From a virus (taxonomy: Duplodnaviria; Caudoviricetes): a DNA stretch of 34,747 bases. This document shows, in pieces, positions 26,257 to 34,747 of the stretch. Position 1 is the first letter of the stretch, and each line of letters opens with the position of its first letter. The stretch spans positions 1 through 34,747 of the IMG/VR virus record IMGVR_UViG_3300032253_000251. The stretch is one strand, 5' to 3'. The translations under genes and the position numbers were made by a program. The notes under the pieces are model-generated. The model did no database searches. It had not been told where the DNA came from and worked only from the letters and a program-made list of their open reading frames with translations.

Positions 26257-28725
26257 ATGGCTGATTTTTCTGAATGTCTTGGCGTTTCGGTCACAGAAGG
26301 TCGCTTGTCGAGAGATCAAGCGGATGATGCAATCCGCACGGTGACCCGCATGGAACGTAAATTTTCGGAAACCATGGGGGAGGATATGGCAAGACGTGCA
26401 GCAGTTGATGATTTCACCCGCAATATGCAAGCCGAAGCCGCCCGGCGCAAACATTTAGCCAACCTTCAAATCATTGCGACAGAGCGGGTTATCGGTGAAG
26501 CGTTTGGTCATGAAAAAGGATTTACCGCAGGTGCCATGTCGCATTTGGTAAAAGATATTTGGGGTGTTGCCAGGTATTCAAATGTTGAGGCTCGCAAGGA
26601 ATCAATTTTGGGTCAACTGCACCGGATGTTTTCTGATGGCATTGATAGTTTTCGCGCCAAGTTTGCCGGGACGGTTCAGGACAAAGCGGGTCAACGTGAT
26701 TTTATCCGCGAGCTTTATAATGAAAGCACGGGGAACGGCAACGCAAAAGCAGCGGCTAAATCGTGGGCTGAAACGTCGGAGTTTGCCCGCAAACGGTTTA
26801 ATGATGCGGGTGGCGATATTGGCAAGCTGGATGATTGGCGCGTACCACAAACCCATGATCGCTTGCGTGTTAAAAGAGCTGGTTACGATGAATGGCGTAA
26901 AACGTTCACAGATGCCGACAGAGCCCGGATGCGCGATGCTTATGATTTGGACGACGCAGAACTAGACGACGCGTTGCAGGAAGTATTTTTGTCTATTTCC
27001 ACAGGCGGGTTAAATAAAGCCAAACCCGGTGGTGCAGGACAGGGCCGCAAGCTTGCTAACCGTCGTGGCGATGAGCGGTTTTTGATATTTGCCGATGCGG
27101 ATTCGTGGTTGCGCTATAACGACACATTTGGTGCCGGGGATATTTACTCCCTGATTACCAGCTATATGGATGGCATGGCGCGCGATATTTCTGCACTTGA
27201 AATCCTTGGGCCTAATCCGGCGGCCATGGTTCGCCATCTGGCTGATCTGGCCCGTATAGAGGAAGCAAAGGCCCCTGATATGAGTCTTGCAGCACAGGCC
27301 CGCCCGGACCGCGTGACCGTCCGTTTGATGGAAAGCCCGAAGATGATCGAAGACACGTTTGAAGCCGTGTCCGGTCGGCTAAATATACCCGCAAATGAAC
27401 TGACTGCACGATTTTGGGGTGGGCTTAGAAATTTGTTATCCGTTGCCCAGCTAGGTAGCGCGCCCGTATCAGCGACGTCGGATATTGTTTTCCTGTCGAA
27501 AACGGCCACATGGAACGGGCTTCCGGCAGCAAAGGTTATGAAACGCTACACATCATTGCTCAACCCCACAAATGCCGAAGGTCGGCGGTTTGCCGCCCGT
27601 TCCGGTCTTGTGGCTCAGGCATGGGTAGGGAAAGCGATTTCCGCCAAAAGGTTTCAGGATGAAATCGTTGGTGATGGCTGGACCTCACGCACCGCAGATT
27701 TTTTTCACAGGATCAGCGGACTTACACCGATGACCCAAGCCGGGCGCTGGGCGATTGGTCTTGAATTTATGGGAACACTGGCAGAACAGTCCGGAAAATC
27801 AATGCGTCAACTGGACCCGGCTTTGAAACGTGCTTTTAAAAATTACGGGGTTACTTCCAAAATGTGGGACGCTGCGCGTAAAACAGAATTTATGGACTTT
27901 GATGGCGCGCAGTTTATGAACCCGGCAGATATGGCCAGCAACAAAGATGCTACGCTATCCGAAGCGGGTCAACGTCTCCATGAAATGATCCTGACCGAGA
28001 CAGATTTTGCCGTACCGGAGCCAGACGCCCGTGTTCGCGCCATGGCAACACAAGGGACGCAGCGCGGCACCTTTGTCGGTGAAATCTGGCGATCAGTTTT
28101 AATGTATAAATCATTCCCGATTACCATTATGAACACACATTTGATGCAAGGCGTCGCCCAAAAGGATACAGCCAAGGGGCTTTATTTGATGGGGTTAATG
28201 ACCGGACTGACTGTCATGGGCGGTGTTGTGACCCAGACCAAGCAAGTGTTATCCGGCAAAGACCCGCGCGACATGACAAAGCCAGAATTCTGGGGGCAAG
28301 CCTTCATGCAGGGTGGCGGCATTGGGATTTATGGTGATTTCCTGTCCGCTGCCGTTGGGCGTAATGAACAGGACCTTGTGAAAACAGTAATAGGTCCTAT
28401 GGCGGGCTTTGCGACTGATGTTGTCAGATTAACCAGCCAAAACGCCCGTGAGTTTATTGAAGGAAGTCCGACGCGGTTTTCTTCGGAAGCTATCCGGTTT
28501 GCGGGGAGATACAATCCCCTGTCCAGCCTTTGGTATACCAAGACGGCTTTTGACCGGACATTCATGCGTTGGCTGCGGATACAGGCTGACCCGAGTTACG
28601 CAAGAGGGTTTCAGGCAAGGGAACGATGGGCGCGTCAAAACTTCGGACAGGGCTTCTACTGGAGGCCGGGCAGCGCAGGACCAGACCGTGCGCCGGATTT
28701 AAACGCCGCAATCGGCGACAGGTAA
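26257..28725 (+). CDS. Large internal virion / ejection protein (822 aa)
   Basis: RFNDAGGDIGKLDDWRVPQTHD, YKSFPI, GGGIGIYGDF, YWRPG motifs of podoviral large ejection proteins. Confidence 0.8.
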   Translation: MADFSECLGVSVTEGRLSRDQADDAIRTVTRMERKFSETMGEDMARRAAVDDFTRNMQAEAARRKHLANLQIIATERVIGEAFGHEKGFTAGAMSHLVKDIWGVARYSNVEARKESILGQLHRMFSDGIDSFRAKFAGTVQDKAGQRDFIRELYNESTGNGNAKAAAKSWAETSEFARKRFNDAGGDIGKLDDWRVPQTHDRLRVKRAGYDEWRKTFTDADRARMRDAYDLDDAELDDALQEVFLSISTGGLNKAKPGGAGQGRKLANRRGDERFLIFADADSWLRYNDTFGAGDIYSLITSYMDGMARDISALEILGPNPAAMVRHLADLARIEEAKAPDMSLAAQARPDRVTVRLMESPKMIEDTFEAVSGRLNIPANELTARFWGGLRNLLSVAQLGSAPVSATSDIVFLSKTATWNGLPAAKVMKRYTSLLNPTNAEGRRFAARSGLVAQAWVGKAISAKRFQDEIVGDGWTSRTADFFHRISGLTPMTQAGRWAIGLEFMGTLAEQSGKSMRQLDPALKRAFKNYGVTSKMWDAARKTEFMDFDGAQFMNPADMASNKDATLSEAGQRLHEMILTETDFAVPEPDARVRAMATQGTQRGTFVGEIWRSVLMYKSFPITIMNTHLMQGVAQKDTAKGLYLMGLMTGLTVMGGVVTQTKQVLSGKDPRDMTKPEFWGQAFMQGGGIGIYGDFLSAAVGRNEQDLVKTVIGPMAGFATDVVRLTSQNAREFIEGSPTRFSSEAIRFAGRYNPLSSLWYTKTAFDRTFMRWLRIQADPSYARGFQARERWARQNFGQGFYWRPGSAGPDRAPDLNAAIGDR

Positions 28726-28740
28726 AAAGGAAATAAAATC

Positions 28741-30129
28741 ATGGCATCAAACCACATCACCATCGGAGACATCAGTCCGCGTATTCAATATACCGGCGAC
28801 GGGGCGGTGACGGCGTTCACGTACCCGTTTCCGATTTTCACAAACGCGGATATTGAAGTTTATGAAGACGCCACACTGAAAACCATAACCACCGATTACA
28901 CGGTGACGGGGGCCGGGGTTTCAACCGGTGGCACGGTGACGTTTGTGACGGCGCCCGCGGCCGGCGTTGTCGTGACGTTGCTTCGCAATTTAAAAATTCA
29001 GCGCACAACGGATTTTCAGGAAAGTGGCGAATTCAGATCGAAAGTCATCAACGATGAGCTGGATAAACAGGTGGCCATGAGCCAGCAAGTCAATGACCGG
29101 GTGGATCGATCTTTACGGCTTGCCGACACCGATCCGGACGCCACATTGACGTTGCCATTGAGTGCCGCCCGGGCAAGTAAGGTGTTGGGGTTTGATAGTT
29201 CTGGTGATGTTGTTGTTTCAACGATGGATTTATCAGCCATTGAAAACGGCGCGACCAGTGCGGCGGCATCGGCGACGGCGGCATCGGCGGCACAGACGGC
29301 GGCTGAAACGGCTCAGGCTGGCGCAGAAACAGCAGAAACGAACGCCACAACGCAAGCAACCAACGCGGAGGCCAGTGCGACGGCGGCGGCGACGGCGGCG
29401 GCATCGAACCTTTATTCCAGTATTCAGAACAAATCAGCAGACTTTACAGTTACATCAACGGACGATGGCGCGTTGTTTGTGGTTGATACGACAACATCTG
29501 TCGTCGTCACCATGCCGGATATTGTCACCGACGTCGCTGAGGGCTTCCGGGTTGGCTTTATGAAATCAGGATCGGCCAACACACTGACGATTAACCGCGC
29601 AGGAACTGATACAATTAATGGCGGCACATCTTATGTTATGAATGCGGACACCGAAGTGGCAACCATGGTGGCCGATGATAACGCACCCGACAACTGGATT
29701 ACATTCGGTGCCAGCACCACCAGCGCCGGGAATGGTTTAAGTAAAAGTGGTACATCCATATCTTTGAAACCTGTTGTTGTCGCAGCCATTGCAATAGGTG
29801 ACGAAACCACGGCCATTGTTACCGGAACGTCTATCGTCACATTCCATGCGCCCATTGCGTTTACATTAACAGGTGTTGTTGCCGGATTAACAACGGCGCA
29901 AACGTCGGGTACTATTCTTATCTTCGATATCAACGAAGCTGGCACGTCGGTGCTTTCAACAAAACTCACCATCGACAATACCGAAGATAGCAGCACGACA
30001 GCCACAACCGCGGCTGTGTTATCTGACACAGTCATTGCGGCGGGTGCAAAACTCACCGTCGATGTTGATCAAATTGGTGATGGAACGGCGGCGGGTGCTA
30101 AAATTTACCTGATTGGATATCCGTCATGA
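28741..30129 (+). CDS. Tail fibre protein with T7 gp17-like N-terminal anchor
   Basis: YTGDGAVTAFTYPFPIF..VTFVTAP..NDELDK; Ala/Thr coiled segment; beta-rich C-domain. Confidence 0.85.
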   Translation: MASNHITIGDISPRIQYTGDGAVTAFTYPFPIFTNADIEVYEDATLKTITTDYTVTGAGVSTGGTVTFVTAPAAGVVVTLLRNLKIQRTTDFQESGEFRSKVINDELDKQVAMSQQVNDRVDRSLRLADTDPDATLTLPLSAARASKVLGFDSSGDVVVSTMDLSAIENGATSAAASATAASAAQTAAETAQAGAETAETNATTQATNAEASATAAATAAASNLYSSIQNKSADFTVTSTDDGALFVVDTTTSVVVTMPDIVTDVAEGFRVGFMKSGSANTLTINRAGTDTINGGTSYVMNADTEVATMVADDNAPDNWITFGASTTSAGNGLSKSGTSISLKPVVVAAIAIGDETTAIVTGTSIVTFHAPIAFTLTGVVAGLTTAQTSGTILIFDINEAGTSVLSTKLTIDNTEDSSTTATTAAVLSDTVIAAGAKLTVDVDQIGDGTAAGAKIYLIGYPS

Positions 30130-31721
30130 CTATGATTATTAACCCGTTTCGGTTTGGTGGTTACACAATCAGCCAGTCAATACGTTTCAATGATGATGAT
30201 ACAGCATATATGTCCCGAACACCTGCAAGTGCAGGGAATAGGAAGACTTGGACGTTTAGTTGTTGGATTAAACGTGGAAACTTAGGGATATGGCAAACGC
30301 TTTTAAGTGCGCGAACTGATGATAATAATAGATTTCAAATTAGGTTTAATACCTCTGATCAGATAAGCATTACAAGTGTAATAGCTGCCTCCACAACAAT
30401 TAATATTGTAACTAATGCGGTGTTCCGCGACCCGTCTGCTTGGTATCATATATTAGTAAACGTAGATACTGCACAGGCAACTTCTAGTGATAGGGTGTCA
30501 TTGTGGGTGAATGGCACAAAAGCAACAAGTTTTTTGACTTCCACGTACCCTACATTAAATGAAGATACCCAGATCAATAACACTATTCAACATGCTATCG
30601 GGAGATTAGAATTAGCGATACCTACGCAGTACTATGACGGGTATTTTTCAGAAATAAACTTAGTTGACGGGACAACATACCCATCCTCTTCCTTCGGCGA
30701 GGCAGACACAAATGGTAATTGGATACCAAAGAAATTCACAGGGGTCTACGGCACCAACGGTTTCTACATAAACGGCGCAAACGCTGCAAGTCTAGGAACC
30801 GATGTATCAGGCAATAGTAATAACTTTACAACATCTGGTTTAACAACCGCTGATCAAATGCTGGATAGTCCGACTGATAAAGCAGTTGATGGGCTGGGCA
30901 ATAGAGCTACATTAAACATACTTAATAACATATTCGATGCTGGTCCAGTTTTATCCGATGGAAATCTTTTTTATACTAATTCAACGGCTGGTAATGGTGA
31001 AATTCCGGGTACAGTCGTTATACCAGCAAGCACTACTGATACATGGGTAATTGAATTTACCAACGTATCCCTCGGAACGGATCGCCCAGCTTTCGGTTTA
31101 ATAGGACATAATACAATCGGTGATGCGGGTGTTACTGCTGGTGCGGATGAAGTCGCATATAATAATGGCGGCCTTAACGCTAATGGTGTATCACAAGGTA
31201 CTGTAACAACTGATGCAACTGTTCGAATGGAGTACAATGGCACTGCTAATCAAATTGAAGTATTCACAGCAGGTGTTTCACGTCTAACGTTCTCTTGGAC
31301 ACCAACTAACGATCTCACGTTCTTCGTTGCAAGAGCCGCAGGAACAGCAACAATTCGAATAAACACAGTGATAGCTGATATGTCTGGAACTGTAACGGCA
31401 AGTGCGAAAGAGTTCGCAACCCATAATTTGCCAGCCCCAGCAACACCAGTAAGTGTAACGCCAATAACAACTCCATCCTTTACAGGCAATGCAAATGCTG
31501 ATGGCCCGTTCATTTGGCTCGGCTACACACCGGATGAAGCAAACACTAGCACAATCAACGGCAATACGATTACGTGGGGTACTCACGCAAGGGCAACTGC
31601 GGGAGGGATAAAAATAATCACGGCGTTAACAGCTTATAATTCTACCGGAACAAATACGATAAGTGTTGCAGTTGATACTGCTTTTGGTGGTGACACTGTT
31701 TCACAAGCAAGAGCAAGATAA
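30126..31721 (+). CDS. LamG/concanavalin-A-like receptor-binding tail protein
   Basis: SIRFNDDD, NRKTWTFSCWIKRG, FRDPSAWYHI, YGTNGFY, DVSGNSNNFT, DSPT. Confidence 0.8.
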   Translation: MTMIINPFRFGGYTISQSIRFNDDDTAYMSRTPASAGNRKTWTFSCWIKRGNLGIWQTLLSARTDDNNRFQIRFNTSDQISITSVIAASTTINIVTNAVFRDPSAWYHILVNVDTAQATSSDRVSLWVNGTKATSFLTSTYPTLNEDTQINNTIQHAIGRLELAIPTQYYDGYFSEINLVDGTTYPSSSFGEADTNGNWIPKKFTGVYGTNGFYINGANAASLGTDVSGNSNNFTTSGLTTADQMLDSPTDKAVDGLGNRATLNILNNIFDAGPVLSDGNLFYTNSTAGNGEIPGTVVIPASTTDTWVIEFTNVSLGTDRPAFGLIGHNTIGDAGVTAGADEVAYNNGGLNANGVSQGTVTTDATVRMEYNGTANQIEVFTAGVSRLTFSWTPTNDLTFFVARAAGTATIRINTVIADMSGTVTASAKEFATHNLPAPATPVSVTPITTPSFTGNANADGPFIWLGYTPDEANTSTINGNTITWGTHARATAGGIKIITALTAYNSTGTNTISVAVDTAFGGDTVSQARAR

Positions 31722-31764
31722 TGACAACCTACAAAGCAGTATAACAAAAAGAAAGAATAACTAG

Positions 31765-31962
31765 ATGTCAGAAAAATCGTACCAAGACGGTATAATCGAA
31801 GGCGAGATCAAAGCCATCGCTTCCATGGCTGCTGATAATAAAGGGCGGCTGGATAACCACAGCGGCAGGTTGCGCATTCTTGAACGCGTTATCTGGGCTA
31901 TGGTTGGTTTTGGTGTATTGCTGAATTTCTGGCCGAAACTACAAATTATGTTGGGAAATTAA
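31765..31962 (+). CDS. Small single-TM protein, holin-like
   Basis: Coiled segment RLRILER then one TM helix; precedes the endolysin. Confidence 0.6.
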   Translation: MSEKSYQDGIIEGEIKAIASMAADNKGRLDNHSGRLRILERVIWAMVGFGVLLNFWPKLQIMLGN

Positions 31963-31963
31963 A

Positions 31964-32377
31964 ATGGTAGACTGGACACAATTAAAAGAAGATTTGATTT
32001 TGGACGAAGGGTTACGTTTAAAACCCTACTCCGACACGGTGGGTAAAACCACCATCGGCGTTGGCCGGAATTTGGATGACCGTGGATTGTCCAAAGCCGA
32101 AGCCGAATATTTACTTGAAAATGATTTGGGGTGGGTCCGCGTTGAACTGGATAGAAAAGCACCGTGGTGGCGGGATTTGCCGGACGGTCCGGGGCGCGCC
32201 CTGATTAACATGTGCTTTAATTTAGGTTGGCCTAGGTTATCAGGTTTCAGGAACATGTTAGCCGCTTTGGAAGTCGGCGATTTTGATCAAGCTGCAAACC
32301 ATGCGTTGGAAAGCCGTTGGGCAACCCAAGTGGGCGGACGCGCTTTACGTATTGCCGATTTAATCAGAGGAGGATGA
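31964..32377 (+). CDS. Endolysin, T4-lysozyme-like (GH24)
   Basis: DEGLRLKPYSDTVGKTTIGVGRNL (E-x8-D-x5-T), NMCFNLG, SRWATQVGGRA. Confidence 0.92.
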   Translation: MVDWTQLKEDLILDEGLRLKPYSDTVGKTTIGVGRNLDDRGLSKAEAEYLLENDLGWVRVELDRKAPWWRDLPDGPGRALINMCFNLGWPRLSGFRNMLAALEVGDFDQAANHALESRWATQVGGRALRIADLIRGG

Positions 32378-32378
32378 C

Positions 32379-32876
32379 ATGGACGACTTTTTAAAAGTTT
32401 TAGGGAAATTATCACCCACCATCGGCACGGCATTGGGTGGCCCGGTGGGCGGTGCGTTGGGTTTGGGCGTTAAAACATTGGTGGCAACGATCACCGGCGA
32501 AGACGATGCTGATAAAGCATTAGAATTATTGCAATCCAATCCTGAACTGATGTCGCAATTGGAAATGCGCATCCGCGAAGTTGAACTGGAAACGTTACGC
32601 GTTCATGCCAATGACCGCGACAGCGCCCGTAAACGTCAAATGATTGTCAAAGACAAAACACCGGCGGTTTTAGCCGTCATCACATTGATGTCGTTTTTTA
32701 GTTACATCGGTGTGGTCACGTTCCTGCCCAGCGGCGTCATCGATGGCCGCATGGATTTTATTAATCTGGCCGTCGGCTGGTTGGGTGGTTCCGCCACATC
32801 CGTGGTCGCGTACTATTTTGGATCCAGCGCCGGATCCCGTGGCAAAGATGGGTTGCTGGCAAAGATGAAGGGTTGA
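32379..32876 (+). CDS. Putative holin (GTA/3TM holin-like)
   Basis: PTIGTALGGPVGG, DRDSARKRQ, two TM helices, YYFGSS; GGAGGA SD. Confidence 0.75.
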   Translation: MDDFLKVLGKLSPTIGTALGGPVGGALGLGVKTLVATITGEDDADKALELLQSNPELMSQLEMRIREVELETLRVHANDRDSARKRQMIVKDKTPAVLAVITLMSFFSYIGVVTFLPSGVIDGRMDFINLAVGWLGGSATSVVAYYFGSSAGSRGKDGLLAKMKG

Positions 32877-32883
32877 TTTTTTT

Positions 32884-33408
32884 TTATTTATTTTCACGCC
32901 GCCATTTTTCCGGGTTTATAAATTCCCCGGACCATATCCCCAGCCCTTCGGCTTTGGCCGCATCTTCGGCGGGCACGTATCGTTTAGAATAACGCCGGTA
33001 CGCCACCGCCATCCCTTCCCTGACCATCACCCGTCCGACGTCTTCGCCACCCGACAGGCACACGGATATGGCCCTTTTATAGCGGTCTCTAGTCACAACT
33101 TGGCAAGTGACGTGTTTGCCGTTGATCATCGCCTTTAACCGATCGGCTGCAACCTGACCACAGGGCCAATCGTTGTCGTCCTGATCTTTGCAAGTTTGTT
33201 TCCATTCCGGCGCATCAATGCCGGATACGCGGACCTCAATCCCTTGCCGGGAACAGCGCCCGTTCTTCTTCGGCCCGTCCGGACCAATCACCAAACTGTC
33301 GCCATCGATCGCACAGGCTTGCCCGGAGACCGTCGCCGGTTTTGTTTGGGCAAGGGCAGGGGATGAAGCCAGTCCTACAAATAAAAGCGAGAAGATAAAT
33401 TTTTTCAT
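32884..33408 (-). CDS. Secreted thermonuclease (SNase-like)
   Basis: Signal peptide MKKFIFSLLFVGLASSPALA; DGDSL, VRVSGIDAPE, DRYKR, GLGIWS, PEKWRR. Confidence 0.92.
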   Translation of the reverse strand: MKKFIFSLLFVGLASSPALAQTKPATVSGQACAIDGDSLVIGPDGPKKNGRCSRQGIEVRVSGIDAPEWKQTCKDQDDNDWPCGQVAADRLKAMINGKHVTCQVVTRDRYKRAISVCLSGGEDVGRVMVREGMAVAYRRYSKRYVPAEDAAKAEGLGIWSGEFINPEKWRRENK

Positions 33409-33409
33409 A

Positions 33410-34747
33410 TCAAACCTTAAACTCTATTTTTGACAGCCATTCGTGTTTTTGTTCGAGGCTTGGCCCATGGCCGTATCGTGGGCGGTGAAAGCTGTGCCCC
33501 ATCAACGCCGCTGCGATTTTATCAGGCGTTTCCACGGCTGTCAGCCGGTCTTCAAAAGAGTGCCGAAGAGAGTATAAAGAATGGCCCGTTTCATTAAATA
33601 GTCCAGCGACCCGCATTGCGCGGTTAATCCAAGAAGACGCAGAATCGGCTTTGCCTCGGTATGTTGGAAAGCCATCCGCGCACTGTTTAAAGGCATACAA
33701 AGCCGCGCCAACCAAAGGTATCTTGCGGTCACGGTGTTTGACTTTTAAACCTCTGTGGGAATTTGCTTTGATGTGAATATGTGGGATTTTGTTTTTTAGA
33801 TTTATTTCGTCATATTCTGGATCAAGCCCGGTTAATTCAGACATACCACACCCCGTGTCGCTCGCCGCCAGAATTAGCATTTGCGCCTCAAGGCTCAGTC
33901 CGGCATTGGTCAATTTTTCTAAATCTAACAATGTATTTTGCACATATTCAGTCGCAAAAGGCACTCGATTCCCGCCATCGTTTTTTTCTGACAATCGAAG
34001 CTTTTCAAATGGATTGACCAGTCCCAAGCGCAAATCATCGTTAACGGTGCGAAATATGCCAGACAGGTGCTGAATGTCTTTATTGGCGGCGTTGGCCGTT
34101 AAATTTTGTGCCTGAATACGTTCTAGCCACCACGATCTAAAATCTAATGCGTCTGACCTGTTTATATCCTGTAATAGGAAATCGCCGATAACAGTGATAA
34201 AATTACGGACTGCTTTTTTTCGTGGGGTTTGCCAGCGCCGCAATTCCCGATCTGTTTTTGTTCGGGTTTCATGTTCTGTGAGTTCCCAAAACTCTGACAG
34301 TGCATGGCTTAATGTTAGTTCTGGTTTGTCGGTTCCGCCTAATATCGCGCTCGTTTTAGCTTCTGATATTTTATTGGGATCATCCTTTGAAACCATATCC
34401 ATTCTTTTCATAATTTCACTTAGCTTGCCGGTAGCTATGTCTTCGGCATGTCGATAGCTTAGTCCGAGGGTTCTGGCTAAGCTAACGGCTGCTTGGTATT
34501 TTTCTTTTGCGTCACTGCCGCCATGGGCCAGAAGATCATGCCAATATTGCTCGGTGGCCTCGTTGACAACGCCGGCACGTTTGATGGCTATTTCTTCGGA
34601 ATCTGTCCTTAAAGACTGCTTGGCAAAAACTCTGGTATCAACATGTGAGAACTCTTTTGGCACCCGGCGCCAATAATGCCATCGCCCATTTCTAAGGTGA
34701 ATATATGCACGTTTGTTACCCAAGATGTTACCCAGTTTGTTACCCAA
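33410..34747 (-). CDS. int: Tyrosine integrase with DUF6538-like N-terminal domain (start uncertain, at window edge)
   Basis: RNGRWHYWRRVP..SLRTD; TGCGMSE, YSLRHSF, LMGH, RYG motifs. Confidence 0.9.
   Translation of the reverse strand: MGNKLGNILGNKRAYIHLRNGRWHYWRRVPKEFSHVDTRVFAKQSLRTDSEEIAIKRAGVVNEATEQYWHDLLAHGGSDAKEKYQAAVSLARTLGLSYRHAEDIATGKLSEIMKRMDMVSKDDPNKISEAKTSAILGGTDKPELTLSHALSEFWELTEHETRTKTDRELRRWQTPRKKAVRNFITVIGDFLLQDINRSDALDFRSWWLERIQAQNLTANAANKDIQHLSGIFRTVNDDLRLGLVNPFEKLRLSEKNDGGNRVPFATEYVQNTLLDLEKLTNAGLSLEAQMLILAASDTGCGMSELTGLDPEYDEINLKNKIPHIHIKANSHRGLKVKHRDRKIPLVGAALYAFKQCADGFPTYRGKADSASSWINRAMRVAGLFNETGHSLYSLRHSFEDRLTAVETPDKIAAALMGHSFHRPRYGHGPSLEQKHEWLSKIEFKV
34714..34746. repeat. 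Three direct TGTTACCCA repeats at 12-bp period, candidate integrase arm-type sites
   Basis: Copies at 34714-34722, 34726-34734 and 34738-34746 at the 5' end of int. Confidence 0.65.

Larger units (their letters stand above)
1..34747. mobile_element. Temperate podovirus-like prophage/phage genome (near complete; att sites not visible in window)
   Basis: Contiguous integrase, cI/cro switch, recombination, replication, terminase, portal, capsid, tail, ejection and lysis genes; no host housekeeping genes. Confidence 0.95.

Noticed and set aside
25702-26454. 250-aa minus-strand ORF spanning the antisense RNA, as an immunity protein
   Set aside because: Antisense shadow with no SD; it begins upstream of the promoter and its stop lies beyond the terminator. 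A leaderless GTG start near +1 would be cut off by termination.
29250-29405. GC-rich GCGACGGCG-type repeats
   Set aside because: Encode the ordinary Ala/Thr-rich coiled segment of the tail fibre.
28741-31760. Diversity-generating retroelement as in BPP-1
   Set aside because: No reverse transcriptase and no TR/VR repeat pair seen.

Overview
The whole window is a nearly complete temperate phage or prophage (about 35 kb), most likely from an alphaproteobacterium. It pairs lambdoid early control with a podovirus morphogenesis module of the BPP-1/epsilon15/T7 type. From left to right it contains: (1) a leftward early operon (DUF5131, pentapeptide-repeat protein, ssDNA-annealing protein, RecE-like exonuclease, small ORFs); (2) pL with two operators; (3) accessory membrane-protein genes behind an XRE-S24 cI; (4) pR, cro, cII-like, GapR-like, RuvC-like and DUF1376 replication genes; (5) terS/terL, portal, scaffold, capsid, cement, tail tubular A/B and four internal (ejection) proteins; (6) two tail-fibre genes and a lysis cassette; (7) a convergent integrase plus secreted thermonuclease. 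The most striking unexplained signal lies inside the 678-aa ejection-protein gene. Right after a PBECR-like RNase toxin domain, the linker codons carry a complete transcription unit on the opposite strand: a near-consensus sigma70 promoter (TTGACG-17-TATACT, extended -10), a ~170-nt multi-branched RNA and an intrinsic terminator. This is a candidate RNA antitoxin or decoy overprinted on a virion-delivered toxin gene. Other oddities include a cement protein with a signal-peptide-like leader, an integrase lacking its first catalytic Arg, operators spaced exactly 34 bp apart and a leaderless cro. Family assignments come from motif recognition by eye, not from database searches.
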